From assembly GCA_963618155.1 (NCBI GenBank), contig CAVEQW010000036.1, positions 10,038-74,037 of the forward strand: 64,000 nt of DNA. The letters run 5' to 3'. Position numbers and translations under genes: made by a program. Of the stretch, positions 7,300 through 17,148 are shown piece by piece (within the stretch, counting starts at the first letter, position 1; the number at the start of each line of letters is the position of its first letter). Source of the DNA: Alloprevotella sp. GTDB lineage: Bacteria > Bacillota > Clostridia > Oscillospirales > Oscillospiraceae. The notes under the pieces are model-generated. The model saw nothing but the letters and a program-made list of their open reading frames with translations. It made no database searches and was not told the origin of the DNA.

Positions 7300-9866
7300 C
7301 TCGTATATTTCTGCTTGAGGCGGTAGAGCGTGTTGAGCGCCTCGATGGGCGTCATCGTCTCGACGGAAAGCGCTCGCAGCTCGTCGGCCAGCTCCGACCC
7401 CGCCATGTCCATGAGGCTCATCTGACCGTCGTCCTGCGCGGCGGCACGCGGCGCGTCAATGCCAGAGCTTTCAAGCTCCTTCAAATGCTCCGCCGCCTTG
7501 CGTATCACGCTGTCCGGCACACCGGCGAGCTTCGCGACCTCGATGCCGTAGCTATCATCCGCGCTGCCGGGGACGATCTTGCGCAGGAAGACGAGCCGCC
7601 CACTCTGCTTCTTGGCGGTGATGTTATAGTTCTTCACGCCGGGCAGCACGCCCTCCAGCGCGGAGAGCTCGTGGTAGTGCGTGGCGAACATCGTCCGCGC
7701 CCCGAGCGTCCGCTTGTCGGCGCAGTATTCAAGCATGGCGCGGGCGATCGCCATCCCGTCAAAGGTGGAGGTGCCGCGCCCTATCTCGTCGAGTATGAGC
7801 AGGCTCGCGGCGGTGGCGCTGCGCAGGATATTCGCCATCTCCGCCATCTCGACCATGAAGGTGGACTGGCCGCTTGACAGATCGTCCGAGGCGCCGATGC
7901 GCGTGAACACGCGGTCGGTCACGCCGATGCTGGCCGAGCGCGCCGGAACGAAGGAGCCGATCTGCGCCATGAGCACGATGAGCGCCGTCTGGCGCATATA
8001 GGTGGATTTACCGGCCATATTCGGCCCCGTCACGATGGCGACGCGGTCGCTGCTGTCGTTCAAAAACGTGTCGTTCGGCACGAATAAGCTGTCCTTCTGC
8101 GCCGCCTCCACCACCGGATGGCGGCCGTCGCGTATGTCGATGGTGCGGGAGAGGTCGACCTGGGGCATACAGTAGTTGTTGCGGAACGCGACCTCCGCCA
8201 GTGCACAGAGCACGTCCAGCTCCGCGACGCGGGCGGCGCTCGCCTGTACTCGCGAGACCTCCGCTGCGACCGACTCGCGCAGCGCCGAGAAAAGCTGGTA
8301 TTCCAGATCGTTGATGCGCTCACGGGCGTTCAGCAGCGTGCTTTCGAGCTCCTTGAGCTCCGGCGTGAAGTAGCGCTCGGCGTTGGCCGTCGTCTGCTTG
8401 CGTATGTACTCTGCGGGAAGCTCGATCGCCCCGGCGGAGCGCGGTATCTCGATGTAGTAGCCGAACACGCGGTTATAACCGACCTTGAGCTTCTTCACGC
8501 CCATGCGCTCGCGCTCCCGCGCTTCGAGCGCGGCGACCATGTCCGCCCCGTGGTCACGCACGGCGCGGAGGTGATCGAGCTCCTCGTTATAGCCGTCGCG
8601 TATCACGCCGCCCTCACGCACGGAAAACGGCGGCTCGTCGGCGATGGCGGCGGCGATGGCGGTCTGAAGCTCTTCAAGCGTGTCCATCCCGGCCACGTCG
8701 CGCAGCATGGCAGCCGAGGCATTGGCGAGCAGCGTGCGGAGCCGCGGGAGCTGGACAAAATAATTCGCCAGCGCCTGCAGATCGCGGCCGTTCGCCGTGC
8801 CGTAGACGCAGCGGCCGATGAGCCGCTGGATGTCCCCGATCTCGTGGAGCGACAAAATAAGCTCGGCGCGGGTGATGCCGTCGGAGAAAAGCTCGTTGAC
8901 GGCGGCGAGGCGCCGCCCGATGGCGACGGGACTGAGCAGCGGGCGCTCTACCCAGCTTCGGAGCAGACGGCTTCCCATCGGGGTCTGCGTGCGGTCAAGC
9001 ACCCAGAGGAGGCTTCCGCGCTTTTCGCCCGTCCGCAGGTTCTCTGTGAGCTCAAGGCTGCGGCGGCTCGTCCAGTCGAGCTCCATATAGCGCCCCTCGC
9101 CGAAGCGCTCCAGACACCGGATGTGGCCGAGATCGCATTTCTGCGTCTCGATGAGATAGCTCAGAAGCGCCCCGGCGGCAGCCGTCTCGTCGGCGCTCGC
9201 CTCCTCGCCGAAGCGCTCCAGCACGCGCTTGGCGCATTCCTCGGGCTGAAAGCGTCCGGCATCCGGCTCGGCGAGGCAGCCGAGCCGCTTCAGCATGAGG
9301 CCGACGGTCTTGTTGGCGGCGGCCTCACTGCACAAAACGACCTCACGCGGGGAAAAGCGGCCAAGCTCGTTTGCGATGTGCGCGGCGGCATCCTCCGCAA
9401 AATCGGCCACGCAGAACTCGCCCGTGGAGACGTCGCAGAACGCGACCGCGCCGCGCCCGCCGTCCAGCCAGACGGCGGAGAGATAGTTGCTGCGCCCCTC
9501 CTCGAGCATGGAGGCCTCTGTCACCGTGCCGGGCGTGACGACGCGGATGATGCCGCGATCCACCAGCCCCGACGACGCGGCGGGATCCTCAAGCTGCTCG
9601 CAGATGGCGACCTTATAGCCCTTTTCGATAAGGCGGGCGATATACGCCTCGGAGGAGTGGTACGGCACGCCGCACATGGGCGTCTGCTCCCCGGCGGGCT
9701 TGCCCCGGTCGCGGGTCGTCAGCGTGAGGTCAAGCTCGCGGCTCGCGGTCTTGGCATCGTCGTCAAACATTTCGTAAAAGTCCCCCAATCGGAAGAACAG
9801 GAGGCAGTCCGGCACCTGTTCATGGACCTTATAGTACTGCTTTTTCATCGGCGTCGGCTCCGCCAT
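7296..9866 (-). CDS. mutS: DNA mismatch repair protein MutS
   Basis: 856-aa ORF. N-terminus is PMKKQYYKVHEQVPDCLLFFRLGDFYEMFDDDA. Walker A is GPNMAGKSTYMRQ and the signature is STFMVEM. Confidence 0.97.
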   Translation of the reverse strand: MAEPTPMKKQYYKVHEQVPDCLLFFRLGDFYEMFDDDAKTASRELDLTLTTRDRGKPAGEQTPMCGVPYHSSEAYIARLIEKGYKVAICEQLEDPAASSGLVDRGIIRVVTPGTVTEASMLEEGRSNYLSAVWLDGGRGAVAFCDVSTGEFCVADFAEDAAAHIANELGRFSPREVVLCSEAAANKTVGLMLKRLGCLAEPDAGRFQPEECAKRVLERFGEEASADETAAAGALLSYLIETQKCDLGHIRCLERFGEGRYMELDWTSRRSLELTENLRTGEKRGSLLWVLDRTQTPMGSRLLRSWVERPLLSPVAIGRRLAAVNELFSDGITRAELILSLHEIGDIQRLIGRCVYGTANGRDLQALANYFVQLPRLRTLLANASAAMLRDVAGMDTLEELQTAIAAAIADEPPFSVREGGVIRDGYNEELDHLRAVRDHGADMVAALEARERERMGVKKLKVGYNRVFGYYIEIPRSAGAIELPAEYIRKQTTANAERYFTPELKELESTLLNARERINDLEYQLFSALRESVAAEVSRVQASAARVAELDVLCALAEVAFRNNYCMPQVDLSRTIDIRDGRHPVVEAAQKDSLFVPNDTFLNDSSDRVAIVTGPNMAGKSTYMRQTALIVLMAQIGSFVPARSASIGVTDRVFTRIGASDDLSSGQSTFMVEMAEMANILRSATAASLLILDEIGRGTSTFDGMAIARAMLEYCADKRTLGARTMFATHYHELSALEGVLPGVKNYNITAKKQSGRLVFLRKIVPGSADDSYGIEVAKLAGVPDSVIRKAAEHLKELESSGIDAPRAAAQDDGQMSLMDMAGSELADELRALSVETMTPIEALNTLYRLKQKYTS

Positions 9867-9869
9867 GCG

Positions 9870-11312
9870 TCAGCCCTCCCTGCTTTCCAGAAGCTCACCG
9901 AACAGCGCCCAGGTGGACGAGCCGGTGATGCGCACGTCGGCAAAGCGCCCGACCATGCCGCCGTCTCCGGCCAGATGGACGAGCCGTCCGCCGCGTGTGC
10001 GCGAGGAAAGGTTGTGCGCCGCGTCGCCCGTCTCGCCGTCGATGAGGACGCGGAGGGTCTGGCCGACGTATCCGGCGTGCTTTTCGAGCGAGATGCGGTT
10101 GGCCGTCTCAACGAGGCGGTCAAAGCGCGCCTGCTTTTCCTCCCGCGTGGCGGGATCGTCCATCCCCGCGGCGGGCGTTCCCGTGCGCGGCGAGTAGATA
10201 AACGTGAACATCGCGTCATAGCGGACGGCCTCGACAAGCGAGAGCGTGTCGGCAAAATCCGCCTCCGTCTCGCCGGGGAAGCCGACGATGATATCCGTCG
10301 TCAGCACGAGGTCGGGCATATACTCCCGCGCGAGCCGCACCTTTTCGAGATAGGCGGCGCGGTCATAGCGGCGGTTCATCTGCTTCAGAATGCGGTCGGA
10401 GCCGGATTGGAGCGGGAGATGGATGTGGTGGGCGCAGTGCTCCGACCCGGCCAGCGCCGCGAAAAGCGCCTCCGTCGCGTCCTTTGGGTGGCTCGTCATA
10501 AAGCGGATGATGTGGTCGCCCTCCACCGTGTCCAGCCGCCGCAGCAGCGCGGGGAAATCGACGGGGGCATCCAGACCCTTGCCGTAGCTGTTGACGTTCT
10601 GCCCCAGCAGCGTGATGTCCTTATAGCCCTGGGCGGCCAGCGACTCGAATTCCGCGAGTATATCCTCCGGATGGCGTGAGCGCTCACGTCCGCGCACGTA
10701 AGGCACGATGCAGTAGGAGCAGAAGTTGTCGCAGCCGTTCATGATGGAAAGCCACGCCTTGACGCCGCCGTCGCGCACGCGGGGCAGCCCCTCCGCCACC
10801 ACGCCGTCCGACGGCTCCGCCATGAAAAGCCGCCCCTTGTCGCCGCGCAGACCGTGGCGCTCCATCGCCTCATAGAGCAGCTCCGGGAATTTCCATACCT
10901 CATGCGGGCCGAACACCATGTCCACCATGCGGAACGAGCCCTTGAGCCGCTCGCGCATGGATTCCTGCTGCACCATGCAGCCGCCGACGCACACGAGCAG
11001 GCGCGGGTTTTTCGCCTTGCGGTGGACGAGCGAGCCGACGTTGCCGAGCACGCGCATCTCCGCGTGACCGCGCACGGCGCAGGTGTTCACGGCGATGAGA
11101 TCGGCCAGCGCCTCGTCCTGGATCAGGCCGAAGCCGCATTCGCGCAGCCAGCCGCGCAATATCTCCGAGTCCGACTCGTTTTGCTGGCAGCCGTAGGTGT
11201 CCACGAGGGCAAGCCGCCCCTCGCCGTCGATACGCTGACGGATGGCGTCGCAGAAGCCGTGCTGCCGCGCAAGCTCTGCCTGTGATATTTCCCGGCGCTG
11301 ATACATAAGCAA
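9870..11312 (-). CDS. miaB: tRNA-i6A37 methylthiotransferase (radical SAM, MiaB family)
   Basis: 480-aa ORF. It has a UPF0004 N-domain (TYGCQQNESDSE...NTCAVR), the radical-SAM motif GCDNFCSYCIVP and a C-terminal TRAM-like region. It lies directly upstream of mutS on the same strand. Confidence 0.88.
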   Translation of the reverse strand: MLMYQRREISQAELARQHGFCDAIRQRIDGEGRLALVDTYGCQQNESDSEILRGWLRECGFGLIQDEALADLIAVNTCAVRGHAEMRVLGNVGSLVHRKAKNPRLLVCVGGCMVQQESMRERLKGSFRMVDMVFGPHEVWKFPELLYEAMERHGLRGDKGRLFMAEPSDGVVAEGLPRVRDGGVKAWLSIMNGCDNFCSYCIVPYVRGRERSRHPEDILAEFESLAAQGYKDITLLGQNVNSYGKGLDAPVDFPALLRRLDTVEGDHIIRFMTSHPKDATEALFAALAGSEHCAHHIHLPLQSGSDRILKQMNRRYDRAAYLEKVRLAREYMPDLVLTTDIIVGFPGETEADFADTLSLVEAVRYDAMFTFIYSPRTGTPAAGMDDPATREEKQARFDRLVETANRISLEKHAGYVGQTLRVLIDGETGDAAHNLSSRTRGGRLVHLAGDGGMVGRFADVRITGSSTWALFGELLESREG

Positions 11313-11384
11313 TTATTTCCGTTTCTGTCTGTTTTCCCGCCGTAAAGGGCGGATCGTTTTTCACTTTATAATATCATTTTCTTG

Positions 11385-11393
11385 TGTTATAAT
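11385..11393 (+). promoter_or_regulatory. Extended -10 element (TGtTATAAT) upstream of mutL
   Basis: tgttataat at 11385-11393, 35 nt upstream of the mutL start. A second TATAAT lies at 11367-11372. No clear -35. Confidence 0.4.
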
Positions 11394-11427
11394 CAAGAGA
11401 TGATCCCGATGGAAACGGAGCTGTGTT

Positions 11428-13251
11428 ATGTCTGTGATTCAAGTCCTGTCGCCGCTCGTGGCGGACATGATCGCCGCCGGCGAGGTGGTGGAGCGTCCCG
11501 CGAGCGTCGTCAAGGAGCTTCTGGAAAACGCCGTGGATGCCGGCGCGAAAAATATAAGCGTGGAGATACGCGGCGGGGGCTGCGGGCTCATCCGCGTGAC
11601 GGACGACGGCTGCGGCATGACGCCGGACGACGCGGGCAACTGCTTCCTGCGCCACGCCACGAGCAAGCTGCGCGACGCGGAGGGGCTTGCCGCCATCGGC
11701 ACGCTCGGCTTCCGGGGCGAGGCGCTGGCCGCCATCTCCGCCGTGAGCCGGGTCGAGCTGCAGACGCGTCCCAAGGGCGCGGCGGCCGGTACGCTGGTCG
11801 TGGTCGAGGGCGGCGACATCGTCCGCGTGGGCGAGTGCGGCTGCCCGGAGGGGACGAGCTTCACCGTCAGCGACCTGTTCTACAACACGCCCGCCCGCCT
11901 GAAATTCATGAAGTCCGACCGGACGGAGGGCTCCGCCTGCGTCGCACTGGCGCTGCGTGTGGCACTCGGTCACCCGGAGGTGTCCGTCCGCTGTGTGCAC
12001 GACGGCAAGGAGGACTTTCTGACCGCCGGGGACGGCCGCGCCCGAAGCGCGGTCTACACCCTGCTTGGCCGCGATATGGCGGGCTCCATGCTCGCCTGCA
12101 GCGGCGGCAGCGCCGGGGTCGATGTGACGGGCTACGTTTCCTCGCCGCGCAGCGGCCGCGGCAACCGCTCCATGCAGTTTTTCTTTGTGAACGGCCGCTC
12201 CATCCGCTCGCTGACGATGCAGGCCGCGCTGGAGCAGGCGTATAAAAACACGCTGCTGACCGGGCGCTTTCCCGCCTGCGCGCTGTACATCACCCTTTCG
12301 CCGGGGCAGGTCGACGTGAACGTCCATCCGACGAAAAATGAGGTCAAATTCTCCCGCGAGGGCGAGATCTTCGAGGCGGTATACCACAGCGTCAAGGCCG
12401 CGCTGGAGGCCGAGAGCGAGACGGCGCAGATACCGCTCTCGCCCGCGACCGAAAAGCGCCTCGGCGCGGACATACTCCGCCGTCCGTCCACGGCGGACGG
12501 GGCGCGGACATGGGTGCAGCCGGCGGTCGAAAAGCCGCCCGCCGTGCCGCCGCTGTTCAAAACGAGCATAGCGCCGGTCAGGGACGCGCCCTCCTCGTTT
12601 GTGAGCGTGCACGCGCCCAGGCCGGTCTATGCCTCCTCGCGCCCCGCCGCAGGGGCGTCGTCCGAGCCGCCCGTGAAGCCGCAGGCGCCGGAGAAGACCT
12701 GGCGCGTCGTCGGGGAGGTGCTCGACACCTACATCGTCGTGGATATGCCGGAGCAGGTGCTGCTCATCGACAAGCACGCGGCGCATGAGCGCATCAACTT
12801 CGACCGCCTCAAGGCGGCGCAGGGCGCGGTCATGTCGCAGGGGCTGCTCACGCCGCTCACCTGGCACGCCGGGGCGGAGGGGCGGGAGCTTGCGGAGGCG
12901 CACGCCGCGTTGTTGAGCGAGCTTGGCTTCACCTTGGAGCCCTACGGCGAGGAGGATATGGTCATCCGCGCCCTCCCGGCGGATATGGACAGTGCGGACG
13001 GCCCTGCGGCGCTCGACGAGATATGCGAGAGCCTGTCCCGCGGCGGGACGGATCTGGCGCGGGACCGGGTGCTGCAGACCATCGCGTGCAAGGCGGCCAT
13101 CAAGGCCGGGCGGCGCTCCGACCGGCGGGAGCTGGAGGCGCTCGCGGCGCGGGTGCTGTCCGGGGAGATACGCTACTGCCCCCACGGCCGCCCCGTTGCG
13201 ACGGCGTTTACGAAAAACGAGCTGGATAAGAAATTCAAGCGCATTGTGTAA
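11428..13251 (+). CDS. mutL: DNA mismatch repair protein MutL
   Basis: 607-aa ORF. It has GHKL ATPase motifs (IAAGEVVERPASVVKELLENAVDAGA, DDGCGM, GFRGEAL) and C-terminal endonuclease-region motifs (DKHAAHERI, ACKAAIKAG, CPHGRP). Confidence 0.97.
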   Translation: MSVIQVLSPLVADMIAAGEVVERPASVVKELLENAVDAGAKNISVEIRGGGCGLIRVTDDGCGMTPDDAGNCFLRHATSKLRDAEGLAAIGTLGFRGEALAAISAVSRVELQTRPKGAAAGTLVVVEGGDIVRVGECGCPEGTSFTVSDLFYNTPARLKFMKSDRTEGSACVALALRVALGHPEVSVRCVHDGKEDFLTAGDGRARSAVYTLLGRDMAGSMLACSGGSAGVDVTGYVSSPRSGRGNRSMQFFFVNGRSIRSLTMQAALEQAYKNTLLTGRFPACALYITLSPGQVDVNVHPTKNEVKFSREGEIFEAVYHSVKAALEAESETAQIPLSPATEKRLGADILRRPSTADGARTWVQPAVEKPPAVPPLFKTSIAPVRDAPSSFVSVHAPRPVYASSRPAAGASSEPPVKPQAPEKTWRVVGEVLDTYIVVDMPEQVLLIDKHAAHERINFDRLKAAQGAVMSQGLLTPLTWHAGAEGRELAEAHAALLSELGFTLEPYGEEDMVIRALPADMDSADGPAALDEICESLSRGGTDLARDRVLQTIACKAAIKAGRRSDRRELEALAARVLSGEIRYCPHGRPVATAFTKNELDKKFKRIV

Positions 13252-13280
13252 TAGAAACAGCCAAGCAGCACACACCCATG

Positions 13281-13464
13281 GCTCCCCTGAAAGGGGAGCT
13301 CAGCGTGTCAAAAAATGATGCACGGACGCGGGAGCGCCCCGGCTCCCTTGGGTAAAGGGAGCTGTCAGCGAAGCTGACTGAGGGATCGAAAATCCACGAC
13401 AACTGCGAGTCTACAATCCCTCCGTCACGGCTTGCGCCGTGCCGCCGTCCCTTTACACGGGAGC
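13281..13464. repeat. Structured intergenic repeat element (multiple GCTCCC..GGGAGC hairpins plus GTCAGC-GAA-GCTGAC)
   Basis: Hairpins at 13281-13299 (gctcccc/ggggagc), 13342-13362 (gctccctt/aagggagc) and 13364-13378 (gtcagc/gctgac). The tail reads atccctccgtcacggcttgcgccgtgccgccgtccctttacacgggagc. From memory it resembles a repeat family that is often mis-called as tiny ORFs in gut Clostridia. Confidence 0.5.
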
Positions 13465-13506
13465 GGCTTTGGACTGGTGCAAAATCGACAAAAAGGAGCT
13501 ATCAGC

Positions 13507-13743
13507 ATGAAGATCGAGTTTTCCGAGGAGCAGCTTGCGCTGCTCAAGGAGCTTTTGGACGAGGCGGCGGAGGCCAGCTATCAGGATATGTTCGACTGCA
13601 AGAAGATCGCCGTGGACGCCCAGGAGGACTTCGTGAAGAAGGAATACAACGCCCTCGCGGACGCGGAGGAGGAGCGCTTCGGACGTATCAAATCACTGGT
13701 CGAGTATGTGCGGAAGTACGAGGATCTAATGCGCAATGCCTGA
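13507..13743 (+). CDS. Hypothetical small acidic helical protein (78 aa)
   Basis: ATG at 13507 is preceded by aaaaaggagc. The sequence MKIEFSEEQLALLKELLDEAAEASYQ... is coiled and helical in character. Its stop overlaps the miaA start at 13736. The ORF-track start at 13432 lies inside the repeat element and is unlikely. Confidence 0.55.
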   Translation: MKIEFSEEQLALLKELLDEAAEASYQDMFDCKKIAVDAQEDFVKKEYNALADAEEERFGRIKSLVEYVRKYEDLMRNA

Positions 13744-14665
13744 GCTGCTCATCGTCACCGGTCCGACCGCCACGGGGAAAACGGCGCTTGGTGTGGTGCT
13801 GGCCGGCCTGCTGGACGGGGAGGTCGTCGGCGCGGATTCCATGCAGATATACCGCGGCCTGGACATTGGCACGGCCAAGCCCACGGCGGCGGAGATGGGC
13901 GGCATCCCCCATCACATGATCGATGTGGCCGACCCATCGGAGAGCTTCTCGGCGGCGCGCTGGGCGGCGCTGGCGGCGGCCTGTGTGGACGATATTCTGG
14001 CGCGCGGACGCGTGCCCATCGTCGTCGGCGGGACGGGGCTTTATCTCGACGCGCTGCTGCGGCGGACGGCGTTTGCCGACACAGCCGGGGACGGCGCGCT
14101 GCGCGCCCGGTTGGAGGCCGAGTATGACGCGCTGGGCGGTGAGGCGTTTCGCCGCCGTCTCGCCGAGGTCGACCCCGAGCGGGCGGAAAAGCTCGCGCCT
14201 GCGGACAAAAAGCGCCTTGTGCGGGCGATGGAGGTATACCGTCTCACCGGCGAAACCATCACGGCGCACGATGAGCGCAGCCGAGGCCTGCCGCCGCGCT
14301 ACACCAGCATGAAGCTGGCGCTCGATTTCACGTCGCGGGAGCGGCTCTATGAGCGCATCGACCGCCGCGCGGCGCAGATGTTTGAAAACGGGCTCGTGGA
14401 CGAGGTGCGCGGACTTCTCGCGGCGGGGCTTGACGGGCGCTGCACGGCGATGCAGGCCATTGGCTACAAGGAGACCGCCGCCTATCTGCGCGGCGAGACG
14501 ACGCTTGCCGAGGCGATCGAGCGCGTGCAGCGCGAGAGCCGCCGCTATGCCAAGCGCCAGCTCACCTGGCTGCGCCGGGACGAGAGCGTGCGCTGGCTCC
14601 GGTGGGAAAATGCGCCGGATATGAACGCCGCTCGACCGATTGCGACGGAATTTTTATCGCGCTGA
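13736..14665 (+). CDS. miaA: tRNA dimethylallyltransferase
   Basis: 309-aa ORF. P-loop is [14 protein letters not shown], followed by [16 protein letters not shown] and HHMIDV motifs. Confidence 0.95.
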   Translation: MPELLIVTGPTATGKTALGVVLAGLLDGEVVGADSMQIYRGLDIGTAKPTAAEMGGIPHHMIDVADPSESFSAARWAALAAACVDDILARGRVPIVVGGTGLYLDALLRRTAFADTAGDGALRARLEAEYDALGGEAFRRRLAEVDPERAEKLAPADKKRLVRAMEVYRLTGETITAHDERSRGLPPRYTSMKLALDFTSRERLYERIDRRAAQMFENGLVDEVRGLLAAGLDGRCTAMQAIGYKETAAYLRGETTLAEAIERVQRESRRYAKRQLTWLRRDESVRWLRWENAPDMNAARPIATEFLSR

Positions 14666-14763
14666 CCGTAAAATGGCGATATGGACAGGGGCGTTCCCTC
14701 TGCTCAAATTTACATTTTACGGGTCGGCAGTTGCATGGCCGCACCCGGAAGGGACGGAAACAG

Positions 14764-14997
14764 ATGCAGAAAATACAGAATCTTCAGGACAGCTTTCTCA
14801 ACCAGCTTCGGCGCGAGCGGCTTCTCGCCACGGTCTTTCTGATGAACGGCTTTCAGATGAAGGGCTATGTGCGGGGCTTTGACCCCTTCGTGGTCACGCT
14901 CGACTCCGACGGGAAGCAGATGATGATCTACAAGCACGCCATTTCCACGGTCATTCCCGTGCGGGCGCTCACACTGACGGAGGCGGATACGGATTGA
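14764..14997 (+). CDS. hfq: RNA chaperone Hfq
   Basis: 77 aa from ATG 14764. The sequence [63 protein letters not shown] carries the Sm1/Sm2 motifs. The upstream part of ORF 14602 has no support. Confidence 0.95.
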   Translation: MQKIQNLQDSFLNQLRRERLLATVFLMNGFQMKGYVRGFDPFVVTLDSDGKQMMIYKHAISTVIPVRALTLTEADTD

Positions 14998-16439
14998 AAA
15001 AAACGGACGGGCTGACGAAGGCGGTCGGGATACTGCTCTTTCTCGCCATGCTGTGCTATGCGGGCTTTGCCGTGGCACGGCGGCTCACGAGCACGCTCCA
15101 GACCGCGCTGGCCGCGGAGACGACGCTCACGCTCAGTGCCGACATGAGCGGTCTTGTCATCCGCAGCGAGCAGCCCGTCCTTTCCGACCGCAGCTATATC
15201 GACGTGACCGCCGCGGACGGTCAGCGTCTCGCCGCCGGGGAGGCCATCGCCACGGTATACGCGACGCCGCAGGCGCTCGATCGCGCCGTCGAGCTGCGCG
15301 AGCTCACGCAGGAGCTTGCCGCCCTGGAGGCCGGGACGCAGGAGAGCGGGCAGACGGAGCCGGGCGCGGCCTATACCGCCATCCACCGGCTTGCCGCCTC
15401 GGTGCAGAGCGGGGATATGGCGGCGGCGCTGCTCGATGCGGAGGCGCTGGAGGAGCTGCTGCTGCCCGCCTCACCGGCGGAGACGGAGGCCGACGGCGAA
15501 TACCTCATCACGCTGACGAACCGCCGCAACCAGCTTTTGGAGGCCGCTGTGCGCGACAGCGAGACAGTGACGGCGGAGGACTCCGGCCTCTTCACCCGAG
15601 TCACGGACGGCTTTGAGACGCTCACGCCGGAGGATGCGCTCGCGCTCACGCCGGACACGCTCCGCGCCTATATGAACGAGACGCGCACGGGCGCGAAAAA
15701 TGCGCTCGGCAAGCTCGTGACCGGCTTTACCTGGTATTACGCCGCGCTGCTCGACGAGTCGGACGCGGCGCGTCTTGCCGAGGGGGACGAGCTTGCGCTG
15801 CGCTTTGCCCGCTACTGCTCCGGCACGCTGCGGGCGCGTGTGGCGCACATCAGCGAGGCGCAGGGCGGCGAGTGTGCGGTGGTGTTCTCGCTTGACGAGG
15901 GCATGGCCGAGCTTTTGACGGCGCGGCGGGTCGCCGCCTCGCTTGAATTTGAAAGCTACACCGGCATCCGCGTCCCGCAGAAGGCGCTCTACCGCTACTG
16001 GGCGGGCGAGATGGCGGAGGCGGACGCGGCGCAGCTTGCCCCCGGCGAGGCGCTGACGCTTATGAAGGGCAGCTGGAGCGCCAAGGTCACCGTGTCGGAG
16101 ATCGGCGCGGCCGACGACAAGGGGCAATGCCAGATCGTCGTATACTGGCCGTGGGCGGAGGACAACGCGCCGCCGGCGCAGGCCAGGGACGCGGCGCTCG
16201 TGTCGGCGGACGCCGGCGCGGGCTATTACGCCGCCGACCTCTATGATGCCGAGAGGCAGAAAAATTGTCTCTGCGTGTTCACCATGACGGGGCTGCAGGC
16301 CGAGCGCAAGAAGGTCGAGCTTGGCTATGTCGGGGAGGACTACGTCCTCGTGCTGTCGCAGGGCAGCGACGGACTGCGGGCCGGCAACGAGCTCATCGTG
16401 CGGGCGGACACGCTCTATGACGGACACGTTTTTGACTGA
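14994..16439 (+). CDS. Membrane-anchored HlyD/barrel-sandwich-like protein (hypothetical)
   Basis: 481-aa ORF with a TTG start overlapping the hfq stop (TTGA). It has an N-terminal TM helix ([18 protein letters not shown]) and an Ala/Glu-rich coiled segment. The family call is tentative. Confidence 0.45.
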   Translation: MKKTDGLTKAVGILLFLAMLCYAGFAVARRLTSTLQTALAAETTLTLSADMSGLVIRSEQPVLSDRSYIDVTAADGQRLAAGEAIATVYATPQALDRAVELRELTQELAALEAGTQESGQTEPGAAYTAIHRLAASVQSGDMAAALLDAEALEELLLPASPAETEADGEYLITLTNRRNQLLEAAVRDSETVTAEDSGLFTRVTDGFETLTPEDALALTPDTLRAYMNETRTGAKNALGKLVTGFTWYYAALLDESDAARLAEGDELALRFARYCSGTLRARVAHISEAQGGECAVVFSLDEGMAELLTARRVAASLEFESYTGIRVPQKALYRYWAGEMAEADAAQLAPGEALTLMKGSWSAKVTVSEIGAADDKGQCQIVVYWPWAEDNAPPAQARDAALVSADAGAGYYAADLYDAERQKNCLCVFTMTGLQAERKKVELGYVGEDYVLVLSQGSDGLRAGNELIVRADTLYDGHVFD

Positions 16440-17131
16440 TGGGAGACAGAGATATGAGCATTTCGGACAACGTAAAGCGCGTGCTTGAGCGCATAGACCG
16501 TGCCTCCGGCGGGCGGCCGGTCACGCTTGTGGCCGTGGCGAAGACCAAGCCCGCCGCCGCCGTGCGCGAGGCCATCGGGGCCGGGGCGCGGGTCATCGGC
16601 GAGAACCATGTGCAGGAGATACGCCAGAAGGGCGCGGAGGGCGCGTATAACGGCGCGTCGGTGCAGCTCATCGGCCACCTGCAGAAGAACAAGGTGCGCT
16701 ATGTGGCGGGGCGCGTCGACCTTATCCAGTCGGTCGATTCGCCGGAGCTGCTGCGCCTCATCGACGCGCGGGCGGCGGCGCTCGGCGCGGTGCAGGACGT
16801 GCTGCTCGAGATCAACATCGCCCGCGAGATATCCAAGACCGGCGCGATGCCGGAGCAGCTGCCGGAGCTTTTGGAAACGGCGGCGGGACTCACCGCCGTG
16901 CGGGTGCGCGGACTCATGGCCATCCCTCCAGCCGGGGCAAGCGCTACATATTTCAATAATATGCAAAAGCTTTTTGTTGACAACGCCGGGGAAAAATACG
17001 ATAATGTCAGCATGGACTTTCTGTCCATGGGTATGTCAGGCGATTTTGAACAGGCCATCGGCGCGGGCTCAAACATGGTTCGCGTCGGCAGCGCGATATT
17101 CGGCGCGCGGGACTATGGCCGCCCCGACTGA
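16439..17131 (+). CDS. yggS: YggS/YlmE-family PLP homeostasis protein
   Basis: 230-aa ORF with LVAVAKTKP (PLP lysine), GENHVQE, IGHLQKNKV and SMGMSGDFEQAI motifs. It sits in the canonical position before sepF. Confidence 0.9.
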   Translation: MGDRDMSISDNVKRVLERIDRASGGRPVTLVAVAKTKPAAAVREAIGAGARVIGENHVQEIRQKGAEGAYNGASVQLIGHLQKNKVRYVAGRVDLIQSVDSPELLRLIDARAAALGAVQDVLLEINIAREISKTGAMPEQLPELLETAAGLTAVRVRGLMAIPPAGASATYFNNMQKLFVDNAGEKYDNVSMDFLSMGMSGDFEQAIGAGSNMVRVGSAIFGARDYGRPD

Positions 17132-17148
17132 AACGAAGGAGGGAGCCA

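Noticed and set aside
11336-11361. Terminator-like hairpin (cccgcc-gtaaa-gggcgg followed by ttttt) oriented for the plus strand, in the miaB/mutL divergent gap where no plus-strand gene ends.
   Set aside because: The stem is only 6 bp and could equally be part of the miaB 5' UTR or a chance feature. It is too weak to call an orphan terminator or an inversion scar.
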